53,026 nt of DNA from an uncultured Planctomycetia bacterium (lineage in GTDB: Bacteria > Omnitrophota > Gorgyraeia > Duberdicusellales > 4484-171). Location: the NCBI GenBank assembly GCA_964590995.1, contig CAZPYY010000002.1:1-53026 (forward strand), read 5' to 3'. The notes beneath the pieces were generated by a model. That model had not been told where the DNA came from. It was given only the letters and a program-made list of their open reading frames with translations, and did not search any database. Positions 16,790 through 24,920 of this stretch are shown piece after piece (the first letter of the stretch is position 1; every line of letters starts with the position of its first letter). A program made the translations under genes and the position numbers.

Positions 16790-18097
16790 ATGTGTTACGC
16801 AATTCCCGGAAAGGTAAAAGCGATAAGGGGAAGAGAAGTTTTAGTAGACTACTTCGGTGAAGAGAAAAAAGCAATTAATGAGTTCTACGATATTGCTGTT
16901 GGAGATTATATCTGTGCTCAAGGCGGGTTTGTAATAAAAAAAGTTAAAGAAGATGAAGCTAGAGAAGTCTTATCAGCTTGGCAGGAATTATTCTTCGAGC
17001 TCCAAGACGTTGACCTGCGTCTTTCCCGGCTGGACTCAGAAGAAGGTAGCGATAAGAAGCTACGTCTTATTTTAGATAAGGCCTTAGAAAATATCCCTTT
17101 AAAGAAAGATGAATTATCGTATTTGCTTGACTTAGGTAGCCAACAATCTTGCCAGCTTCTTTATAAATCGGCAAATTTCTTACGCCAGAAATACCATAGA
17201 AACTCCTGTTGTATCCACGGAATAATTGAGATTTCAAATAATTGTCAGCAACAGTGTACTTATTGTGGGATATCAACGCACAATAAAACGCTCTTGCGTT
17301 ACCGGATGAGTCCGGATGAGATTATCGAGACTTCTGTTGAGGCAGTAGAAAGATATGGTTTCCAGGCTCTGGTTTTACAGAGCGGAGAAGATCCTGGCTA
17401 TAGCGTAGATGAGTTAGCTATAACCATAAGGAAAATTAAGGAGAAGGTTCCAGTATTAATCTGTATCAGCTTTGGCGAGGTGGGATTAGAGGGATTAGAA
17501 AGACTTTATCTTGCCGGAGCAAGAGCTATACTTATGCGTTTCGAAACCTCTAACCCGAAAATTTTTGCCCAGGTTCATCCCGGGCAGAAACTCGAAACTA
17601 GGTTAGAACATATTAGGAAAGCTTCCTTATTAGGTTATCTGATTATGACCGGTGCGCTTATTGGTCTGCCCGGACAAACTAATCATGATATTATAAATGA
17701 TATTTATCTGGCTAAAGAATTAGGCGCTGAGATGTATTCTTTTGGTCCTTTTCTGCCACATCCCCAAACACCTTTGGGGAATCTTGCACCTCCGAGGGAA
17801 GAGTTGGCTTTAAAGACCTTAGCCTTGGCTCGGCTCATTGATCCTGAGCGAGCCAAAATTTTAGTAACTACAGCCCTAGAGACTCATGCACCGACTACTC
17901 GCAAGAGGGGGTTACTTTCAGGTGCTAACTCTTTGATGCTTAATGTTACACCAGTTAAATACCGAAAGCTTTATGAGATTTACCCTAATAAGGCTTATAA
18001 CAAGGAGTTAATAGATAAGCAAATTGATGCGGCAATAGCTTTACTTAAATCTTTAGGCCGGGCTCCTACAGATTTAGGAGTAAGCGAGGTGAATTAA
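16790..18097 (+). CDS. hydE: Fusion protein: HypC/HupF-type [NiFe] chaperone (residues 1 to about 72) plus HydE-type radical-SAM maturase (residues about 90 to 435)
   Basis: N-terminus MCYAIPGKVKAI..VGDYICAQGGFVIKKV..EEA matches HypC and includes Cys2. The remainder aligns with HydE: CQQQCTYCG (CX3CX2C, Cys152/156/159), LQSGEDP, GLPGQT, GPFLPHPQTPL, YPNK. It is a single uninterrupted ORF. Confidence 0.8.
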   Translation: MCYAIPGKVKAIRGREVLVDYFGEEKKAINEFYDIAVGDYICAQGGFVIKKVKEDEAREVLSAWQELFFELQDVDLRLSRLDSEEGSDKKLRLILDKALENIPLKKDELSYLLDLGSQQSCQLLYKSANFLRQKYHRNSCCIHGIIEISNNCQQQCTYCGISTHNKTLLRYRMSPDEIIETSVEAVERYGFQALVLQSGEDPGYSVDELAITIRKIKEKVPVLICISFGEVGLEGLERLYLAGARAILMRFETSNPKIFAQVHPGQKLETRLEHIRKASLLGYLIMTGALIGLPGQTNHDIINDIYLAKELGAEMYSFGPFLPHPQTPLGNLAPPREELALKTLALARLIDPERAKILVTTALETHAPTTRKRGLLSGANSLMLNVTPVKYRKLYEIYPNKAYNKELIDKQIDAAIALLKSLGRAPTDLGVSEVN

Positions 18098-18100
18098 ACT

Positions 18101-18754
18101 ATGGGAAGAAAAAATAACAAGAATAGCTTTTCTTTGGAGACAATTAGGCGTCTTAGTCTCTATTTACGGAACTTAAAGAGATTAAAGGAGCAGAATATAG
18201 ATATTATTTCTTCAAATGAGCTGACAAAATTTCTTAATATTACTCCAGCACAATTTAGAAAAGATCTCTCTTTCTTTGGCGGGTTTGGCAAAAGAGGCGT
18301 TGGTTATAATGTTGAGAAGTTAACTGAAGAGATAGAGAATATATTAGGGGTAAACAAAGAGTGGGCAATTGCCATAGTTGGCGTGGGAAAGCTAGGAAGT
18401 GCGCTCTTAGGCTTTGAAGGGTTTTCTAAATTTAATATTAAAATAACCTTTGCTTTTGATATTGATAGAGATAAGGTAGGTAAGGTAAGGGAAGGGGTAA
18501 AGATTAACCACATAAAGGAGATAAAGGATATTATCAGGCAGAATAATATCAAAGTTGCAATAATTTCTACACCGCCGGAAGCTGCTCAAGGAGTTGCTGA
18601 TGAGTTAGCTTCCTCAGGTATTAAGGGCATTTTAAATTTTGCACCGATAGTGCTAAAAGTACCTCAAGCTGTATCAGTATCTAATGTTGATATGGCTTCT
18701 GAGCTAGAGAGTTTAATATTTCTTACTAAACGAAGACAAGGAAGGACAGGATAA
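18101..18754 (+). CDS. rex: Redox-sensing transcriptional repressor Rex
   Basis: N-terminal winged-helix region (RRLSLYLRNLKRL..ISS.EL) followed by a Rossmann GVGKLGSAL NADH-binding domain. 217 aa. Confidence 0.85.
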   Translation: MGRKNNKNSFSLETIRRLSLYLRNLKRLKEQNIDIISSNELTKFLNITPAQFRKDLSFFGGFGKRGVGYNVEKLTEEIENILGVNKEWAIAIVGVGKLGSALLGFEGFSKFNIKITFAFDIDRDKVGKVREGVKINHIKEIKDIIRQNNIKVAIISTPPEAAQGVADELASSGIKGILNFAPIVLKVPQAVSVSNVDMASELESLIFLTKRRQGRTG

Positions 18755-18758
18755 AAAT

Positions 18759-20255
18759 ATGGCCACAAAGACAATTTCACCGGATTCTTGGCTAAAGTGC
18801 CAAATCAAAAAAGAGCAGGTAGAAAAATACCTAAACAGGGGTAGGCACTTTATCGATCAGGAAGCAATTGATAGGGCCTTAGCCTCCGAACTTGAACCAT
18901 CTAAGGGCCAGATTAAAGATATTCTCGATAAATCTCTAGCTATTGAGACCTTAGAACTCAAAGAAGCAGCACTACTATTAAATGTTGAGGATGAGGATTC
19001 CTTAGTAAAAATGGCTCAAGTTGCTGGAGAGATTAAGAGGAAGGTTTATGATAATCGGATTGTTACCTTTGCTCCTTTATACATGGGTAATCTTTGCGTG
19101 AATAATTGCCTTTATTGTGGGTTTAGAAAAGATAATCTCAATATTCATAGAAGAGTGCTTCGTTTAGATGAGGTAAAGAGAGAAGCCGAAGTTTTAGCCG
19201 GTAGAATTGGCCATAAGCGCTTGATAGTAGTCTATGGAGAACATCCTCAGACCGATATAGATTATATGAGTTCAACCATAAAAACAATCTATGGAGTCAA
19301 AACAAAGACTAAAAATGGCTATGGCCAGATCCGCAGAGTTAATGTCAATGCTGCGCCTTTGTCTATTGAGGACCTTAAAATTTTACAAAAGAGCGGAATC
19401 GGAACCTATCAGGTATTCCAAGAGACCTATCACCCTGATACTTATCAGGCTCTTCATCCCAAAGGAACCCTAAAATCTGATTATCAGTGGCGATTATATT
19501 GTATTCACCGGGCATTTGAAGCTGGCATAGATGATGTTGGCATTGGTGTTCTTTTTGGTTTGTATGATTGGAAGTTTGAAGTTTTAAGTCTTCTTCTACA
19601 CTCACGAGAACTAGAAGCAAGATTTGGTGTTGGACCACATACAATTTCTTTTCCGCGTCTTGAGCCAGCAGCTAATACACCTTTTACCCAAGAATCTCGT
19701 TATAAAGTAAGCGATGAGGATTTTAAAAAGCTCATTACAATTATAAGATTAGCTGTCCCTTATACTGGAATGATTATTACTGCCCGGGAAAATGCCCAGA
19801 TGCGAAGGGAAGCTATTCCTTTAGGTTGTACCCAGACCGATGCCTCTACTCGCATTGGTATCGGCGCTTATAGTGGCCGCTATAGGGAACAAGAAGGCCA
19901 AAGACAACAATTCTTCTTGGGAGATACCAGGAGTTTAGATGAGGTAATAAGGGAATTGTCTTGTGCCGGTTATATCACTTCTTTTTGTACTGCTGGTTAT
20001 CGTTGTGGAAGAACCGGCAAGTGCATTATGGAACTCTTGAAGAATGGAGAGGAGGGTAAGCTTTGCAAATTAAATGCTGTACTTACCTTTAGAGAGTGGT
20101 TGGATGATTTTGCTACTACCGAGACTAAAGAGGCTGGCGAAGAGATTATTCAAAAAGAGTTGGCTGAGATTAAATCCCTTATGCCAAAGACTTACCCTAA
20201 AGTTCTAGAATATTATCAGAGAATTAAGAGTGGCCAGAGAGATCTTTATTTTTAA
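18759..20255 (+). CDS. hydG: HydG-like radical-SAM enzyme (ThiH/HydG family with HydG-type C-terminal domain), variant Cys motif
   Basis: CVNNCLYCGF (CX3CX2C, Cys113/117/120). The C-terminal SFCTAGYRCGRTGKC..(13)..CKLNA resembles the HydG CTACYR.GRTG...C.PNA region. 498 aa. Confidence 0.75.
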   Translation: MATKTISPDSWLKCQIKKEQVEKYLNRGRHFIDQEAIDRALASELEPSKGQIKDILDKSLAIETLELKEAALLLNVEDEDSLVKMAQVAGEIKRKVYDNRIVTFAPLYMGNLCVNNCLYCGFRKDNLNIHRRVLRLDEVKREAEVLAGRIGHKRLIVVYGEHPQTDIDYMSSTIKTIYGVKTKTKNGYGQIRRVNVNAAPLSIEDLKILQKSGIGTYQVFQETYHPDTYQALHPKGTLKSDYQWRLYCIHRAFEAGIDDVGIGVLFGLYDWKFEVLSLLLHSRELEARFGVGPHTISFPRLEPAANTPFTQESRYKVSDEDFKKLITIIRLAVPYTGMIITARENAQMRREAIPLGCTQTDASTRIGIGAYSGRYREQEGQRQQFFLGDTRSLDEVIRELSCAGYITSFCTAGYRCGRTGKCIMELLKNGEEGKLCKLNAVLTFREWLDDFATTETKEAGEEIIQKELAEIKSLMPKTYPKVLEYYQRIKSGQRDLYF

Positions 20256-20269
20256 AGAGAGGTGAATAT

Positions 20270-21265
20270 ATGGAATATAGAAAGCTAGGGAGTTCCTCAT
20301 TAGAGGTTTCAGTTATTTGTTTAGGCACTTGGGCTTTTGGCTCAGATAAGTGGTGGGGCCATCAAGAGGATAAGGATTCCTTGGCAGTATTAGAGGAGGC
20401 CTTAGCTAGAGGAGTTAACTTTGTTGATACTGCTCCGGTCTATGGACGCGGGCATTCCGAAGAGGTTATCGGATCGTTCATTGCCCAGGAGAACATAAGA
20501 GAAAAAGTAATTTTAGCCACAAAATTAGGGTTGCGCTGGGATGGTAGAAGCATTTTTCATGATTTATCCAGAAAGAGGATGTTTGATGAGATTGACGCCT
20601 CGCGTAGACGCCTTAAAACAGATTACTTTGATCTCTATCAAGTACATTGGTATGATCCTGATACTCCGGTTGGACAGGTTGCCGAGATAATGTATAAATT
20701 TTACCAAGAAGGTATCATTAAAGCTATCGGAGTCAGCAATTACTCTGTGGCTCAGATGAACGAGTTTAAAAAATATTCACCTATCCATAGTTTGCAACCG
20801 CCTTATAGTATGTTTGACCGGGGGATTGAAGAGGATATTATACCCTTTTGCATCGAGAACTCTATTGGCATTATTACTTATGCTCCTTTATATAGTGGTT
20901 TATTAACCGGAAAGTTCTTCTTAGATGATACAAAAATTCCCAGTGATATTAACCGTAAGATGAAGAGGCAAGATTTAGAAGAGCCGTGTTTTTCAATCAA
21001 TAAAACAACCCTTCTTAAATTAAAAGATATAGCTGATAAGTATCGAAAGACTTTGGCTCAGTTAGTATTAAATTGGAACTACAACCAGCAAGGAATAACC
21101 TCAGCTATTGCCGGAACCAGAAAACCTGCTCAATTATATGATAACTTAGGTAGTGTTGATTGGAAAATCTCCGAGGAAGATTTGAAAACAATAGATGATA
21201 TCTTAGCCGAGAGAGTTGAGAAGATAGACAATCGGTTGAGATCAGATCTCAACCGCAAAGTATAG
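20270..21265 (+). CDS. Aldo/keto reductase family oxidoreductase
   Basis: GTWAFG, NFVDTAPVYGRGHSEE, LYQVHW and IKAIGVSNY motifs. Confidence 0.85.
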   Translation: MEYRKLGSSSLEVSVICLGTWAFGSDKWWGHQEDKDSLAVLEEALARGVNFVDTAPVYGRGHSEEVIGSFIAQENIREKVILATKLGLRWDGRSIFHDLSRKRMFDEIDASRRRLKTDYFDLYQVHWYDPDTPVGQVAEIMYKFYQEGIIKAIGVSNYSVAQMNEFKKYSPIHSLQPPYSMFDRGIEEDIIPFCIENSIGIITYAPLYSGLLTGKFFLDDTKIPSDINRKMKRQDLEEPCFSINKTTLLKLKDIADKYRKTLAQLVLNWNYNQQGITSAIAGTRKPAQLYDNLGSVDWKISEEDLKTIDDILAERVEKIDNRLRSDLNRKV

Positions 21266-21286
21266 AAGAACTATTGTCGGTAGGAA

Positions 21287-22216
21287 ATGAATATACTTAT
21301 AACCGGAGCTACTGGATTTATTGGTAAGAATTTAGTGGAGGGCCTCTTTAGGAAGGGCGGACACACTCTTTTCTGTTTTGTAAGAAATCCCCAAAAAGCA
21401 AAAGCCTTAGAACCTTATGGAGTAAAACTTATCTATGGTGACATTACTGATAAGGCTTCCTTAGATAAACTCCTCAATTATAAAATCGACGTTATATTTC
21501 ATAATGCTGCCTATGTAGAAAATAAGAACCCCAAGCTTTTATATCAAGCTAATGTGTTAGGTAGCGAGAACATCTGTGAGCTAGCTCTATCTTTAGGAGT
21601 GAAGAAGATTATTTATACTAGTTCAGTAGCTGTTGTAAGCGGAAACCCCCAAGTGCCTCTCACCGAAGACCTACCCTTTCAAGCTACTAATATCTATGGC
21701 GAGTCTAAGATTGAAGCCGAAAAAGTAATTCTTAAGCATAGAGAAAAAGGTTTGAATACAGTGATTGTCCGTCCTCCTATGGTCTATGGGGAAGACGAAC
21801 CTCATCTGCTGAAAGTTTTGCTCTTTATTACTAAGCACAGGCTTTTTCCTTTAATTGATAAGGGTAAGGCTAAATTTCACCTTGGTTATGTGAAGAATGT
21901 TACTGAAGCAATGATTTTTTTATTAGATAAAAATGGGGCTTTGGAGGGTTCTTTTTTTGTTGGTGATGAAGAGGTTCTTACGGTAAGAGAGGTATTTGAT
22001 ACTCTTGCTAGGGCTTTAAAGGTAAAACCACTACCTAATCTTCCGGCTTGGCTAAAGCCAATAGTGATACGTCTACCTTCTATTGGCAGAAAAATAAGTT
22101 TCTTCTCTAAGGACCGGGTTTATAGTTTAGAAAGAATAAAGTCTTTAGGGTTTAAAGTGCCTTTTAAGGCCAGAGAAAGCCTGGCTAAGAGCGCTCAATC
22201 TTTTTCAAGGAATTAG
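21287..22216 (+). CDS. NAD-dependent epimerase/dehydratase (extended SDR)
   Basis: ITGATGFIGKNL Rossmann motif and the YGESK catalytic YxxxK. Confidence 0.8.
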   Translation: MNILITGATGFIGKNLVEGLFRKGGHTLFCFVRNPQKAKALEPYGVKLIYGDITDKASLDKLLNYKIDVIFHNAAYVENKNPKLLYQANVLGSENICELALSLGVKKIIYTSSVAVVSGNPQVPLTEDLPFQATNIYGESKIEAEKVILKHREKGLNTVIVRPPMVYGEDEPHLLKVLLFITKHRLFPLIDKGKAKFHLGYVKNVTEAMIFLLDKNGALEGSFFVGDEEVLTVREVFDTLARALKVKPLPNLPAWLKPIVIRLPSIGRKISFFSKDRVYSLERIKSLGFKVPFKARESLAKSAQSFSRN

Positions 22217-22219
22217 CCT

Positions 22220-22834
22220 ATGGAAAATAAAAAAGTACTTGCTTTTGATTTAGGAAGAGTTCTCTTTGACTTTGATTATAATATTGCCTTAGAGAAGATC
22301 AAAGATAAAATTGGTGTACCGGTTCAAGAGGTAATTAGAGAATTGTTTGAGAGTGAGTTCGGGTTAAACTTTGAGAGGGGAGAGGCTAGCCCCGATGAGT
22401 TTTATTCCCGCTTCAAAAATACCTTTAAAGCAACTTTAAGCTACGAATACTTTGTTGACACTTGGTGTAAGATATTCTCACCTAAAAAAGATGTGATAGG
22501 TTTAGTAAGATATCTTAAAGGAAGATATCCTTTATACCTTATCTCTAATATAAATGAACTCCATTTTGAATACCTTTTTAAGGAGTACCGGGAAGTTTTT
22601 TCCCTTTTTAATGAGTTGATTCTCTCCTTTAAGATTAAGTCAGTTAAGCCTGAAGGATTAATCTATCAGGTCCTAAAAGAGACGGCCGGGGTAGGTTTTG
22701 AAGATATAATCTACATTGATGACCGCAAAGATTTGATTACAAAGGCTAAGGATTTTAACCTACAATGCTTACAATTTACTAGCTTTAATCAGCTGTTGGC
22801 CGATTTAAAAAATCTCGGTGTTTCTGTTGGCTAA
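22220..22834 (+). CDS. HAD-superfamily hydrolase, subfamily IA (YihX-like)
   Basis: FDLGRVLFDFD N-terminal motif (as in E. coli YihX), LISNIN, and IYIDDR. Confidence 0.65.
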   Translation: MENKKVLAFDLGRVLFDFDYNIALEKIKDKIGVPVQEVIRELFESEFGLNFERGEASPDEFYSRFKNTFKATLSYEYFVDTWCKIFSPKKDVIGLVRYLKGRYPLYLISNINELHFEYLFKEYREVFSLFNELILSFKIKSVKPEGLIYQVLKETAGVGFEDIIYIDDRKDLITKAKDFNLQCLQFTSFNQLLADLKNLGVSVG

Positions 22835-22862
22835 CCCACTTGATTTTTTTATCAACCAACCC

Positions 22863-22890
22863 TTGCAAAATAATAAAATTTTGATATAGT
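22863..22890 (+). promoter_or_regulatory. Sigma70-type promoter (TTGCAA-16-TATAGT with TGn)
   Basis: TTGCAA at 22863-22868, TG at 22882-22883, TATAGT at 22885-22890. A GGAG Shine-Dalgarno (aaaGGAGtt) and ATG 22912 follow. Confidence 0.45.
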
Positions 22891-22911
22891 TAATATAAAG
22901 GAGTTAAAAAT

Positions 22912-23283
22912 ATGAAAAAGATTATTGGTTTAATTTTAGGTCTATCGCTGATAACAGGGTGCATTCCTGTTCTTATCGGTGCTGGAGTAGTAACTGGCTA
23001 TAGTTTAAGCAATGCTGCCGCCTCTGGGAATGTAAAGGCAGAGTATCGGGTATTATGGGATCTTTGCTTAGATAAGCTCGAGACGATGGAAGCTGAGATA
23101 TTAGTTAGCAATGAGTCTAAAGGTGTAATAAAGGCTAAGCTCTCCGAGCATAGCATAGCGATTAAGGTAGACAGTATTAGTTTGGACACCCAGAGGTTAA
23201 AACTATCAGCACGTCAACTTTTAATGCCAAAGCCACAATTTGCCCAAAAAATATTTTTAAAGCTAATTTCTGATCTTCAGTGA
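22912..23283 (+). CDS. Putative lipoprotein, unknown function
   Basis: Signal peptide with lipobox LITGC. 123 aa. Confidence 0.6.
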   Translation: MKKIIGLILGLSLITGCIPVLIGAGVVTGYSLSNAAASGNVKAEYRVLWDLCLDKLETMEAEILVSNESKGVIKAKLSEHSIAIKVDSISLDTQRLKLSARQLLMPKPQFAQKIFLKLISDLQ

Positions 23284-24053
23284 TAAAGAGATTATTTCTC
23301 TTAAGTCTTCTTTTAATTCTTTCCTGCAGTCAATTTAATTACTCCCGAATAAAGGTCGTAGAGGTTATTGATGGTGATACCATTAAACTTTCTAACGGAA
23401 GACTCTTGCGCTATATAGGTTTAGATACTCCTGAAGTAAGAATAAAAGATAAAGGCGGCGATTTTGAGTATCAGCCTCAACCGTTTAGCTTAGAAGCAAA
23501 AGAATTTAACCGAAAGCTGGTAGAAGGAAAAGATCTCCGGATTGAGTTTGACATCGAGAAGGTTGACCGTTATGGCCGGCTCTTAGGCTATTGTTTTGCC
23601 GATAATGTCTTTGTGAATGCAAGGTTAATAGAGCAGGGGTATGCTGTTCTCTATACCTATCCGCCGAATGTAAAGTATGTTGATTTGCTTGTGACCGCGC
23701 AAAAAAAAGCTCAAAGAACAAAGAGAGGTTTGTGGGGCAGTTTTGCAACCATTGACCATACCCAGGCTGATAAGTACATTAACCAAATAAGAAGCATCCA
23801 AGGCCGGGTGGTAGGTACCTATAAATCAGCAAAGTGTGTATTTTTAAATTTTGGCCAGGATTACAGAAGCGATTTTACTATAGTAATCTTTAATAATGCT
23901 CTTGGCGCTTTTAACGAAGAAGGCATTGACCCGGAAAGCTTTTATGAAGGGAAAGAAATACGCGTAACCGGAAAAATTCGGGAGTATAATGGACCAGAGA
24001 TTATCGTCAATAGCCCCTATGAGATAGAAGTATTAGGAGGAGGGCAAAATTAA
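23280..24053 (+). CDS. Thermonuclease (staphylococcal nuclease/SNase) family lipoprotein with C-terminal extra domain
   Basis: Lipobox LILSC. VIDGDTIKL, RYIGLDTPE and RYGRLLGY motifs are typical of SNase. GTGA start/stop overlap. Confidence 0.75.
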   Translation: MIKRLFLLSLLLILSCSQFNYSRIKVVEVIDGDTIKLSNGRLLRYIGLDTPEVRIKDKGGDFEYQPQPFSLEAKEFNRKLVEGKDLRIEFDIEKVDRYGRLLGYCFADNVFVNARLIEQGYAVLYTYPPNVKYVDLLVTAQKKAQRTKRGLWGSFATIDHTQADKYINQIRSIQGRVVGTYKSAKCVFLNFGQDYRSDFTIVIFNNALGAFNEEGIDPESFYEGKEIRVTGKIREYNGPEIIVNSPYEIEVLGGGQN

Positions 24054-24090
24054 GAAGAGAGTTATTCGGATTGCAGTCATATTCACACTC

Positions 24091-24852
24091 TTGCTCGTTG
24101 GTTGCATAACCGTATATAACCCAGCTACTGGCCGAAGGGAAAGGCATCTTTTTAATGAGAAATGTGAGATTAACTTAGGCAATAGCTTAGCTAAGCAGAT
24201 GGTCTTCCGAACCAAGATGGTTAATGATCCTGAAGCTTTAGCTTATCTAAGAGAAATCGGAGAGAGAGTAGCTGCTGCTAGTCACCGCGGTTACCTAGAT
24301 TATAAATTCTACATTATTGATAGCCAGGAGATAAATGCCTATGCTCTCTTAGGCGGGCATATATTTGTAAACAAAGGGTTAGTTGATTCATTCACCGAAC
24401 CGGAATTAGCTTTTGTTATGGCTCATGAGGTTGGCCATATCTGTGCTCGGCATGGTTTCAAAAGGTTCCAAGCTGCTTTTGGGCTGCAGCTACTTATGGC
24501 GGTCTTATCAGGCCAGCCCAATCAAAAGTCTATTAATAAGTTAATTGCTGAGGTTGATAGGTATGTTTCTTTAGGTTTTTCTCGCAAGGATGAGTATTTG
24601 GCTGACTCTTTAGGAGTTACTTATGCTTATCAGTCCGGATTTGACCCTAAAGCGTCTCTTCTTGTTTTTGAGCGATTTGAAGAGATAGAAAAAGAGTATG
24701 GCTCTGCTGCTATGCCGGTTTTCCTGCGTAGCCACCCTAAACCTAAAGATCGTTATGTTATGGCAAATACCAAGATAAAGAAGCTTATGAGCAGTGATAC
24801 ATTAGATTCGTCCTCAAAGATGAATGATTTTCGCAAGAGACCTTCAAAGTAG
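24091..24852 (+). CDS. M48-family Zn metallopeptidase (probable lipoprotein; true start may be ATT at 24049)
   Basis: HEVGH motif and the downstream E of the M48 family. The in-frame upstream sequence encodes a lipoprotein signal (see finding). Confidence 0.8.
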   Translation: MLVGCITVYNPATGRRERHLFNEKCEINLGNSLAKQMVFRTKMVNDPEALAYLREIGERVAAASHRGYLDYKFYIIDSQEINAYALLGGHIFVNKGLVDSFTEPELAFVMAHEVGHICARHGFKRFQAAFGLQLLMAVLSGQPNQKSINKLIAEVDRYVSLGFSRKDEYLADSLGVTYAYQSGFDPKASLLVFERFEEIEKEYGSAAMPVFLRSHPKPKDRYVMANTKIKKLMSSDTLDSSSKMNDFRKRPSK

Positions 24853-24920
24853 CCCGCTTCTTTACTTCGCGAAAATTTCTCTTAAAAAAAACAGTTTTTA
24901 GGGTATAATAATAGCCTAAA

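Noticed and set aside
16082-20255. Reading hydE/hydG as evidence that an [FeFe] hydrogenase is encoded in this locus
   Set aside because: No H-cluster protein (HydA) or HydF GTPase ORF exists anywhere in the 53 kb. The only catalytic hydrogenase subunit present has [NiFe] CxxC motifs. Whether hydA and hydF exist elsewhere cannot be judged from this window.
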